Source: Camelus ferus (taxonomy: Eukaryota). Taken from it: DNA of 64,000 nt. Each line of letters begins with the position of its first letter. The first letter of the stretch is position 1. Location: the NCBI RefSeq assembly GCF_009834535.1, contig NC_045696.1:122266001-122330000 (forward strand), read 5' to 3'. Positions 52,741 to 64,000 of this stretch are shown piece after piece. A model generated the notes under the pieces. It had not been told where the DNA came from. It saw nothing but the letters and a program-made list of their open reading frames with translations, and did not search any database. The translations under genes were made by a program, and so were the position numbers.

Positions 52741-55700
52741 TTCCTGCAGTTTTCACTGTAAAACCGAGATTGGAGCTAGTACCTCCACATATATATGTAT
52801 GGAGTGGAGTTTGCTAAGTGAAAAGAAACTTTGTGTTCCCAACAAGCTAGGTGAAGGACGGCTTTCACACACACATATCTCTCAGAACTGAGCATGTGGA
52901 GAGACGTTCGTTCATCTAGCACAAAGGGAACAGGTTGTAGGAGAAACTATTGCTCTGGTTTCTCAGTCTGTTTCCTAGTGCCGGTTTGAAGTTCCTGCAG
53001 TTTTCACTGTAAAACAGAGTTGGAGCTTGTACATCCCCATATATATTTATGGAGTGTTGTTTGCAACTGAAAAGAAACTTTGTGATCCCATCAATCTAGG
53101 TGAAGGGCGGCTTTAAAAGACACTAATATCTCAGTACTGAACATATGGAGAGACGTTCGTTCATCTAGCAAATAGGGAACGGGTTGCAGGAGAAACTATT
53201 ACTCTGGTTTCTCAGTCTGTTTCCTAGTTCCGGTTTGAAGATACTGCAGTTATCACTGTAAAATCGAGTTTTAGCTCGTACCTCCCTATACATATGTATG
53301 GAATGGAGTTTGCAAATGAAAAGAACTTTGAGTTCCCAACAAGCTAATTGAAGTACGGCTTTCACACACACTTATCTCTCAGAAATGAGCATGTGGGGAG
53401 ACGTTCGTTCATCTAGCACAAAGGAATGGGTTGCAGTAGAAACTTTTACTCTGGTTTCTCATTCGGTTTCCTAGTGCCGGTTTGAAGTTCCTGCAGTATT
53501 CACAGTAAAACAGAGTTGGGGCTAGTACCTCCCCATATATATGTATGCATTGGAGTTTCCAATTGAAAAGAAAATATGTGTTCCCAAAAAGCTAGGTGAA
53601 GGACGGCTTTCACACACACTTATCTCTCAGAAATGAGCATCTGGAGAGACGTTCTTTCACCTAGCAAAAAGGGAAAGGGTTGCAGGAGAAACTATTACTC
53701 TGGTTTCTCAGTCTGTTTCCTAGTGCCTGTTTGAAATTACTGCATTTTTCACTGTTAAACCGAGTTGGTGCTAGTAACTCCCCATATATATGTAAGGAGT
53801 GGAGTTTGCAAGTGAAAAGAAACTTTGTGTTCCCAACAAGCTAGGTGAAGGACGGCTTTCACACACACTTATCTCTCAGAACTGAGCATGTGGAGAGAAG
53901 TACGTTCATCTAGCAAAAAGGGAACGGGGTGCACTAGAAACTTTTGCGCTGGTTTCTCATTCTGTTTCCTAGTGCCGGTTTGAAATTCCTGCAGTTATCA
54001 CTGTAAAACAGAATTAGTGCTTGTACCTCCCGATATATATTTATGGATTGGATTTTGCAACTGAAAAGAAACTTTGTGTTCCAACAAGCTAGTTGAAGGA
54101 TGGCTTTCACACACACTTATCTCTCAGAATTGAGCATGTTGAGAGACGTATGTTCATCTAGCACAAAGGGAATGGGTTGCAGGAGAAACATTTAATCTGG
54201 TTTCTCAGACTTTTTAAAAGTGCCAGTTTGAAGTTCCTGCACTTTCCCCTGTATAACCGAGTTGGTTCTAGTACCTCCCCATATATATATATGGAGTGGA
54301 ATTTGCAACTGAAAAGAAACTTTGAGTTCCCAACAAGCTAGTTGAAGGACGGCTTTCACACACACTTATCTCTCAGAACTGAGCATGTGGAGAGCCGTTC
54401 GTTCATCTAGCAAAAAGGAAACCGGTTGCAGGTAAACTATTACTCTGGTTTCTCAGTCTGTTTCCTAGTGCCTGTTTGAAATTACTTCATTTTTCACGGT
54501 AAAACCGATTTGGAGCTAGTAACTCCCCATATATATGTATGGAATGGAGTTTGCAAGTGAAAAGAAACTTTGTGTTCCCAACAAGCTAGGTGAAGAACGG
54601 CTTTCAAACACACTTATCTCTCAGAACTGAGCATGTGGAGAGACGTTCGTTCATCTAGCACAAAGGGAACAGGTTGCAGGAAAAACTTTTACTCTGGTTT
54701 CTCAGTCTTTTTCCTAGTGCCGGTATGAAGTTCCTGCAGTTTTCACTGTAAAATAGAGTTGGAGCTTGTACCTCCCCATATATATTTATGGAGTGGAGTT
54801 TGCTACTGAAAAGAAACTTTGTGATCCCAACAAGCTAGGTGAAGGGCAGCTTTCAAACACACTAATCTCTCAGTACTGAGCATGTGGAGAGACTTTCGTT
54901 CATCTAGCAAAAAAGGGAACGCGTTGCAGGTGAAACTATTACTCTGGTTTCTCAGTCTGTTTCCTAGTTCCGGTTTGAAGATACTGCAGTTTTCACTGTA
55001 AAATCGAGTTTTAGCTCGTACCTCCCCATATATATGTATGGAATGGTGTTTGCAAGTGAAAAGATACTTTGTGTTCACAAAAAGCTAGATGAAGTACGGC
55101 TTTCACACACACTTATCTCTCAGAAATGAGCATGTGGAGAGACGTTCGTTCATCTAGCACAAAAGGAAAGGTTTGCAGTAGAAATTTTTACTCTGGTTTC
55201 TCATTCTGTTTTTTAGTGCCGGTTTAAAGTTCCTGCAGTTTTCACAGTAAAACAGAGTTGGGGCTATTACCTCCCCATATATATTTATGGAGTGGAGTTT
55301 GCAACTGAAAAGAAACTTTGTGTTCCCAACAAGCTAGTTGAGGAACGGCTTTCACACACACTTATCTCTCAGAACTGAGCATGTGGAGAGATATTGGTTC
55401 ATCTAGCACAAAGGGAACGTGTTGCAGGAGTAACTTTTACTCTGGATTCTCAGTCTGTTTCCTAGTGCCGGTTTGAACTTCCTAGATTTTTCACTGTAAA
55501 ACCGAGTTGGAGCTCGTACCTCCCCATATATATGTATGGAGTGGAGTTTGCAAGTGAAAAGAAACTTTATGTTCACAACAAGCTAGTTGAAGTACGGCAT
55601 TCACACACACTTATCTCTCAGAAATGAGCATGTGGAGAGACGTTCGTTCATCTAGCACAAAGGGAACGGATTGCAGGGGAAACATATACTCTGGTTTCTC

Positions 55701-58700
55701 AGTCTCTTTCCTAGTGCCAGTTTGAAGTCCCTGCAATTTTCACTGTAAAACCCTGTTGGAGCTTGTACCACCCATATATATGTATGGAGTGGAGTATGCA
55801 ACTGAATAGAAACTTTGTGTTCCCAACAAGCTAGTTGAAGTATGGCATTCACACACACTTATCTCACAGAATTGAGCATGTTGAGAGACTTTCGTTCATC
55901 TAGCACAAAGGGAACGGTTTGCAGGAGAAACTTTAACTCTGGTTTCTCAGTCTGTTTCCTAGTGCAGGTTTTAATTTCCTGCAATTTTCCCTGTAAAACC
56001 GAGTTGGATCTAGTACATCCCCATATATTTGTATTGAGTGGAGTTTGCAAGTGAAAAGAAACTTTGGGTTCCCAACAAGCTAGGTGAAGGACGGCTTTCA
56101 AACACACTAATTTCTCAGAACTGAGCATGTGGAGAGACGTTCGTTCATCTAGCTCAAAGGGAACGGGTTGCTGTAGAAACATTTTCTCTGGTTTCTCAGT
56201 CTGTTTCCTAGTGCAGGTTTTAATTTCCTTCATTTATCAGATTAAAACCGAGATGGAGCTAGCCCCTACTCATAGATATGTATGGAGTGGAGTTTGAACT
56301 TAATAGAAACTTTGTGTTCTGAAAAAGCTAGGTGAAGGACGGTTTCACACACACTTATCTCTCAGAACTGGGCATGTGGTGAGACGTTCGTTCATCTAGC
56401 ACAAAGGGAACGGTTTGCAGGTTAAACTTTTACTCTGGTTTCTCAGTCTGTTTCCTAGTGCCGGTTTGAAGTTCCTGCAGTTTTCACTGTAAAACAGATT
56501 TGGAGCTAGTTCTTCCCCATATATATGTATGGAGTGGAGTTTGCTACTGAAAAGAAACTTTGTGTTCCCAACAAGCTATTTGAAGGACGGCTTTCACACA
56601 CACTTTTCTCTCAGAACTGACCCTGTGGAGAGACTTTCGTTCATCTAGCACAAAGGGAACTGGTTGCAGGAGAAACTTTAACTCTGGTTTCTAAGTCTGT
56701 TTCCTAGAGCCGGGTTGAATTTACTGAAGTTTTCACTTTAAAACCAAGTTGGATCTCGTAGCTCCTCATATATATGAATGGAGTGGTGTTAGCAAGTGAA
56801 AAGAAACTTTGTGTTCCCAAAAAGCTTGGTCAAAACGGTTATTCACACACTTATCTCTCAGAAATGAGCATGTGGAGAAACGATCGTTCATCTAGCAGAA
56901 AGGGAACGGGTTGCAGGAGAAAATTTTACTCTGGTTTCTCAGTCTGTTTTTCAGTGCCTGGTTGAATTTAGTGAAGTTTTCACTGTAAAACCGAGTTGGA
57001 GCTCCTACCTCACCATATATATGTACAGAAAGAGTTTGCAAGTGAAAAGAATCTTTGTGTTCCCAAAAAGTTAGTTGAAGTACGGCTTTCACACATTCTT
57101 CTCTCTCAGAACTGAGCATGTTGAGAGACGTTCGCTCATCTAGCACAAATATAACGGGTTGCAGGGAACATATTCGCTGGTTTCTCATTCTGTTTCCTAG
57201 TGCCGGTTTGAAGTTCCTGCAGTTTTCACTGTAAAATCAAGTTGGATCTAGTCCCTACTCATAGATATGTAAGGAGTGGTGTTTGCAACTTAATAGAAAA
57301 TTTGTGTTCCCAACAAGCTAGGTGAAGTTCGGCTTTCACACACACTTATCTCTCAGAACTGAGCATGTAGAGAGACGTTCGTTCATCTAGCACAAAGGGA
57401 ACGGTTTGCTGGAAAAACTTATTCTCTGGTTTCTCATTCTTTTTCCTAGTACCGGTTTGAAGTTCCGGCAGTTTTCACTGTAAAACAGATTTGGAGCTAG
57501 TACCAACCCATATATATGTATGGAATGGAGTTTGCTACTGAAAAGAAACTTTGTGTTCCCAACAAGCTAGGAGAAGTAAGGCTTTCACAAACACTTATCT
57601 CTCAGATCTGAGCATGTGGAGAGACGTTCGTTCATCTAGCACAAAGGGAACGGGTTGCAGGAGAATCTATTACTCTGGTTTCTCAGAGAGTTTCCTAGTG
57701 CCGGTTTGAAGTTCCTGCAGTTTTCACTTTAAAGAAGTGTTGGAGCTCGTACCACACCATATATATGTATGGAGTGGATTTTGCATGTGAAAAGAAATTT
57801 TCTTTTCCCAACAAGCTAGGTTAAGAACGGCTTTCACACACACTTATCTCTCAGAACAGAGCCGTGGAGAGACATTCGTTCATCTAGCACAAAGGAACGG
57901 GTTGCTGGAGAAACTTTTATTCTGGTTTCTCAGTCTGTTTCCCAGTGCCAGGTTGAAGTTCCTGCAGTTTTCACTGGAAATCCGAGTTGGAGCTAGTCCC
58001 TACTCTTAGATATTTATGGAGTGGACTTAGCAACTGAATATAAACTTTGTGTTCCCAACAAGCTAGGTGAAGTATGGCTTTCACAAACACTGATCTCTCA
58101 GAACTGAGCATGTGGAGAGACGTTCGTTCATCTAGCAAAAATGGAATGGGTTGCAGGAGAAACTTTTATTCTGGTTTCTCAGTCTGTTTCCCAGTGCCAG
58201 TTTGAAGTTCCTGCAGTTTTCACTGTAAAACCGAGTTTGTGCTAGTAACTCCCCATATATATGTATGGAGAGGAGTTGGCAACTGAAAAAAAACTTTGTG
58301 TTCCCAACAAGCTAGGTGAATGATGGCTTTCACACACACTTTTCTCTCAGAAATGAGCATGTGGAGAGACGCTCTTTCATCTAGCACAAAGGGAAATGGT
58401 TGCATGAGAAACTTTTAATCTGGTTTCTCAGTCTGTTTCCTAGTGCCGGTTAGAACTTCCTGCATTTTTCACTGTAAAACCGAGTTGGAGCTAGTACCTC
58501 CCCATATATATGTATGGAGATGAGTTTGCAACTGAAAAGAAACTTTGTGTTCCCAACAAGCTAGGTGAAAGACGGCTTTCACACACAATTATCTCTCAGA
58601 ATTTAGCATGTGGAGAGACGTTCTTTCATCTAGCAAAAAGGGAACGGGTTGAAGGAGAAAATTTTACTCTGGTTTCTCAGTCTGTTTCCTAGTGCCGGTT

Positions 58701-61700
58701 TGAACTTCCGGCATTTTTCACTGTAAAAAGGAGGTGGAGCTAGTACCTCCCCATATATATGTATGGAATGGAGTTTGTTAGTGAAAAGGAAATTTGTGTT
58801 CCCAACAAGCTAGGTGAAGGACGGCTTTCACACACACTTCTCTCTCAGAACTGAGCATGTGGAGAGACGTTCGTTCATCTAGCACAAATGGAACGTGTTG
58901 CAGGGGAAACTTTTCACTGGTTTCTCAGTATGTTTCATAGTGCCGGTTTGAAGTTCCTGCAGTTTTCACTGTAAAACCGAGTTGGAGCTAGTCCCTACAA
59001 ATAGATATGTAAGGATTTGAGTTTGCAACTGAATAGAAACTTTGTGTTCCCAACAATCTAGGTGAAGTTCGGCTTTCACAAACACTTATCTCTCAGAACT
59101 GAGCATGTAGAGAGACGTTCGTTCATCTAGCACAAAGGGAAATGTTTGCAGGAGAAACTGTTACTCTGGTTTCTCAGTCTGTTTCCTAGTGCCGGTTTGA
59201 ACTTCCTGCAGTTATCACTGTAAAACCGAGTTGGAGCTAGTACCTCCATATATATGTATGGAGTGGTGTTTGCAACTTAAAAGAAACTTTGTGTTCCCCA
59301 CAAACTAGTTGAAGGACGGCATTCACACACACATATCTCTCAGAACTGAGCATGTGGAGAGACGTTCGTTCATCTAGCACAAAGGGAACGGGTTGCAGAA
59401 GAAACTATTACTCTGCTCCTCAGAGGGTTTCCTAGTGCCGGTTTGAATTTCCTGCAGTTTTAAATGTAAAGAAGTTTTGGACCTCGTAACTCCCCATATA
59501 TATATATGGTGTGAAGTTTGCAAGTGAAAAGAAACTTTGTGTTCCCAAAAAGCTATGTGAAGGATGGCTTTCACACACACTTATCTCTCAGTACTGAGCA
59601 TGTGGAGAGATATTCGTTCATCTAGCACAAAGGGAACGGGTTGCAGGAGTAACTTTTACTCTGGATTCTCAGTCTGGTTCCTAGTACCGGCTTTAAGTTA
59701 CGGCAGATTTCACTGTAAAACCGAGTTGGAGCTCGTACCTCACCATATATTTGTGTGGAGTCGAGTTTGCATTTGAAAAGAAACTATGTTTTCTTAACAA
59801 GCTAGGTGAAGGACGGATTTCACACACAATTATCTCTCAGAACTGAGCCTGTGGAGAGACGTTCGTTCATCTAGCAAAAAGGGAACGGGTTGCAGGAGAA
59901 ACTTTTACTCTGGTATCTCAGTCTGTGTCCTAGTGCCGGGTTGAAGTTCTTGCAATTTTCACTGTAAATCCGAGTTGGAGATATTCCCTACTCTTAGATA
60001 TGTATGGAGTGGATTTTGCAACTGAATATAAACTTTGTGTTCACCAACAAGCTAGGTGAAGGATGGCTTTCACAAACACTTATCTCTCAGAACTGAGCAT
60101 GTGGGGAGACGTTCGTTCATCTAGCACAAAGGAATGGGTTGCAGGAGAAACTTTTACTCTGGTTTCTCAGTCCGTTTCCTAGTGCCGGTTTGAATTTCCT
60201 GCAGTTTTCACTGTAAAACCGAGTTGGAGCTAGTACCTACCCATATATATGTATGGAGTGGAGATTGCAAGTGAAAAGAAACTTTGTGTTCCCAACATGC
60301 TAGGTGAATGACGGCTTTCACACACACTTATCTCTCAGAACTGAGCATGTGGAGAGACGTTCGTTTATCTAGCACAAAGGGAACGTGTTGCAGGAGAAAC
60401 TATTACTCTGGTTTCTCAGTCTGTTTCCTAGTTCCGGTTTGAAGATACTGCAGTTTTCACTGTAAAATCGAGTTTTAGCTCGTACCAACCCATATATATG
60501 TATGGAATGGAGTTTGCAAGTGAAAAAATACTTTGAGTTCACAAAAACTAGATGAAGTACGGCTTTCAAACACACATATCTCTCAGAAATGAGCATGTGG
60601 ATAGACGTTCGTTCATCTAGCACAAAAGGAAACGTTTGCAGTAGAAATTTTTCTCTGGTTTCTCATTCTGTTTTTTAGTGCCGGTTTCAAGTTTCTGCAG
60701 TTTTCACAGTAAAACAGTGTTGGGGCTAGTACCTCCCCATATATATTTATGCAGTGGAGTTTGCAAGTGAAAAGAAAATTTGTGTTCCCAACAAGCTAGG
60801 TGAAGGACGGCTTTAACACACACTTATCTCTCAGAACTGAGCATGTGGAGAGACGTTCTTTCACCTAGCAAAAAGGGAACGGGTTGCAGTAGAAACTTTT
60901 ACTCTGGTTTCTCAGTCTGTTTCCTAGTGCAGGTTAGAATTTCCTGCAATTTTCCCTGTAAAACCGAGTTGGATCTAGTACATCCCCATATATTTGTATT
61001 GAGTGGAGTTTGCAAGTGAAAAGAAAATTTGTGTTCCCAACAAGCTAGTTGAGGAACGGCTTTCACACACACTTATCTCTCAGAACTGAGCATGTGGAGA
61101 GATATTGGTTCATCTAGCACAAAGGGAACGTGTTGCAGGGGTAACTTTTACTCTGGATTCTCAGTCTGTTTCCTAGTGCCGGTTTGAACTTCCTAGATTT
61201 TTCACTGTAAAACCGAGTTGGAGCTCGTACCTCCCCATATATATGTATGGAGTGGAGTTTGCAAGTGAAAAGAAACTTTATGTTCACAACAAGCTAGGTG
61301 AAGGACGGCATTCACTCACACTTATCTCTCAGAAATGAGCATGTGGAGAGACGTTCGTTCATCTAGCACAAAGGGAACGGGTTGCAGGGGAAACATATAC
61401 TCTGGTTTCTCAGTCTCTTTCCTAGTGCCAGTTTGAATTTCCTGCAATTTTCACTGTAAAACCCTGTTGGAGCTTGTACCTCCCATATATACGTATGGAG
61501 TGGAGTATGCAACTGAATAGAAACTTTGTGTTCCCAACAAGCTAGTTGAAGTATGGCATTCACACACACTTATCTCACAGAATTGAGCATGTTGAGAGAC
61601 TTTCGTTCATCTAGCACAAATGGAACGGGTTGCAGGAGAAACTTTATCTCTGGATTCTCAGTCTGTTTCCTAGTGCAGGTTTGAATTTCCTGCAATTTTC

Positions 61701-64000
61701 CCTGTAAAACTGAGTTGGATCTAGTACATCCCCATATATTTGTATTGAGTGGAGTTTGCAAGTGAAAAGAAACTTTGGGTTCCCAACAAGCTAGGTGAAG
61801 GACGGCTTTCAAACACACTATTTTCTCAGAACTGAGCATGTGGATAGACGTTTGTTCATCTAGCTCAAAGGGAACGGGTTGCAGTAGAAACTTTACTCAG
61901 GTTTCTCAGTCTGTTTCCAAGTGCAGGTTTTAATTTCCTGCAGTTATCACGGTAAAACCGATTTGGAGATAGTCCCTAATCATAGATATGTATGGATTGG
62001 AGTTTGCAACTGAATAGAAAATTTGTGTTCTGAAAAAGCTAGGTGAAAGACGGCTTTCACACACACGTATCTCTCAGAAATGAGCATGTGGAGAGACGTT
62101 CGTTCATCTAGCACAAAGGGAACGTGTTGCAGGGGTAACTTTTACTCTGGATTCTCAGTCTGTTTCCTAGTGCCGGTTTGAACTTCCTAGATTTTTCACT
62201 GTAAAACCGAGTTGGAGCTCGTACCTCCCCATATATATGTATGGAGTGGAGTTTGCAAGTGAAAAGAAACTTTATGTTCACAACAAGCTAGGTGAAGGAC
62301 GGCATTCACTCACACTTATCTCTCAGAAATGAGCATGTGGAGAGACGTTCGTTCATCTAGCACAAAGGGAACGGGTTGCAGGGGAAACATATACTCTGGT
62401 TTCTCAGTCTCTTTCCTAGTGCCAGTTTGAAGTTCCTGCAATTTTCACTGTAAAACCCTGTTGGAGCTTGTACCTCCCATATATACGTATGGAGTGGAGT
62501 ATGCAACTGTATAGAAACTTTGTGTTCCCAACAAGCTAGTTGAAGTATGGCATTCACACACACTTATCTCACAGAATTGAGCATGTTGAGAGACTTTCGT
62601 TCATCTAGCACAAAGGGAACGGGTTGCAGGAGAAACTTTATCTCTGGTTTCTCAGTCTGTTTCCTAGTGCAGGTTTGAATTTCCTGCAATTTTCCCTGTA
62701 AAACCGAGTTGGATCTAGTACATCCCCATATATTTGTATTGAGTGGAGTTTGCAAGTGAAAAGAAACTTTGGGTTCCCAACAAGCTAGGTGAAGGACGGC
62801 TTTCAAACACACTATTTTCTCAGAACTGAGCATGTGGATAGACGTTTGTTCATCTAGCTCAAAGGGAACGGGTTGCAGTAGAAATTTTACTCTGGTTTCT
62901 CAGTCTGTTTCCAAGTGCAGGTTTTAATTTCCTGCAGTTATCACGGTAAAACCGATTTGGAGATAGTCCCTAATCATAGATATGTATGGATTGGAGTTTG
63001 CAACTGAATAGAAAATTTGTGTTCTGAAAAAGCTAGTTGAAAGACGGCTTTCACACACACGTATCTCTCAAAAATGAGCATGTGGAGAGACGTTCGTTCA
63101 TCTAGCACAAATGGAACGGGATGCAGGTGAAACTTTTATTTTGGTTTCTGAGTCTGTTTCCCAGTGCCGGTTTCAAGTTCCTGCAGTTTTCACTGTAAAA
63201 CCGAGTTGGAGCTAGCCCCTACTCATAGATATGTATGGAGTGGAGTTTGAACTTAATAGAAACTTTGTGTTCCGAAAATGCTAGGTGAAGGACGGTTTCA
63301 CACACACTTATCTCTCAGAACTGAGCATGTGGTGAGACGTTCGTTCATCTAGCACAAAGGGAACGGTTTGCAGGTTAAACTTTTACTCTGGTTTCTCAGT
63401 CTGTTTCCTAGTGCCGGTTTGAAGTTCCTGCAGTTTTCACTGGAAATCCGAGTTGGAGCTAGTCCCTACTCTTAGATATTTATGGAGTGGACTTTGCAAC
63501 TGAATATAAACTTTGTGTTCCCAAATGCTAGGTGAAGTATGGCTTTCACAAACACTGATCTCTCAGAACTGAGCATGTGGAGAGACGTTCGTTCATCTAG
63601 CAAAAAGGGAGTGGGTTGCAGGAGAAACTTTTACTCTGGTTTCTCAGTCTGTTTCCTAGTGCCGGTTAGAAATTCCTGCATTTTTAACTGTAAAGAAGTT
63701 TTGGACCTCGTACCTCCCCATATATATATATGGAGTGAAGTTTGCAAGTGAAAAGAATCTTTGTGTTCCAAAGCTAGGTGAAGGATGGCTTTCACACACA
63801 CTTATCTCTCAGAACTGAGCATGTGGATAGATATTCGTTCATCTAGCACAAAGGGAACGGTTGCAGGAGAAACTTTTTCTCTGGATTCTCAGTCTGGTTC
63901 CTAGTACTGGCTTAAGTTACAGCAGATTTTCACTGTAAAACCGAGTTGGTGCTCGTACCTCACCATATATATGTATGAATGGGGTTTGCATTTGAAAAGA
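52741..64000 (+). repeat. Same satellite family, domain 3 (more heterogeneous monomers)
   Basis: Own diagnostic variants: GAAGATACTGCAG...AAAATCGAGTTTTAGCTCG (~53238, ~54978, ~60441), AGTCCCTA(C/A)TC(A/T)TAGATAT, AAACTATTACTC. The boundary is approximate and coincides with small indels at ~52735-52820. Confidence 0.85.
61110..63110 (+). repeat. Tandem duplication of a 4-monomer (994-bp) unit
   Basis: ORF pairs 61363/62357 and 61570/62564 are offset by 994; GTAACTTTTACTCTGGATTC at 61141/62135. Confidence 0.92.

Noticed and set aside
1..64000. All ORFs in the six-frame track (60-130 aa)
   Set aside because: They are repeated translations of the same monomer in different frames and strands, start and stop at variant positions, and resemble no protein family I recognise.
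1..64000. CRISPR array or other repeat-spacer system
   Set aside because: There are no unique spacers; the entire 249 bp is homologous between units, and no cas-like genes are present.
1..64000. Primate alpha satellite identity
   Set aside because: Short words such as AGAAACTT and TTTGTG are reminiscent, but the period is 249 rather than ~171 or ~340 bp and I cannot align the consensus; homology is unsupported without a search.
1..64000. Tandem 5S rRNA, tRNA or snRNA gene cluster
   Set aside because: No recognisable 5S, tRNA cloverleaf or snRNA sequence; variation is spread across the whole unit with no clearly conserved gene-sized core.
1..64000. Inversion or strand switch in the array
   Set aside because: I saw no reverse-complement monomer motifs on the + strand; orientation is the same on both sides of the gap.

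Overview
The whole 64 kb window is one head-to-tail tandem array of a ~249-bp satellite monomer (about 257 copies, ~45% GC by hand count of the consensus). All copies are in the same orientation, and the array is interrupted only by a 100-N assembly gap at 42505-42604. Consensus as read: TTGCAACTGAAAAGAAACTTTGTGTTCCCAACAAGCTAGGTGAAGGACGGCTTTCACACACACTTATCTCTCAGAACTGAGCATGTGGAGAGACGTTCGTTCATCTAGCACAAAGGGAACGGGTTGCAGGAGAAACTTTTACTCTGGTTTCTCAGTCTGTTTCCTAGTGCCGGTTTGAAGTTCCTGCAGTTTTCACTGTAAAACCGAGTTGGAGCTCGTACCTCCCCATATATATGTATGGAGTGGAGT. This looks like eukaryotic (peri)centromeric-type satellite DNA, but I cannot name the family or species. I see no genes, RNA genes, transposon insertions, inversions or CRISPR arrays; every listed ORF is a chance translation of the monomer. 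The interest is structural. (1) There are nested, irregular higher-order repeats, with tandem duplications of 1, 4, 6, 7, 8, 11/12, 17 and 30 monomers and dispersed block copies at 21, 22/23, 29 and 36 monomers and ~39 kb. (2) The array has three variant domains: 1-42504, 42605-~52740 and ~52740-64000. (3) The monomer appears to be an ancient dimer of ~123+126 bp halves. (4) It carries short dyad symmetries but no canonical CENP-B box. (5) Some indel-rich stretches look like consensus error. I found no evidence for a novel gene-based system. All offsets and boundaries were read by eye and are approximate.
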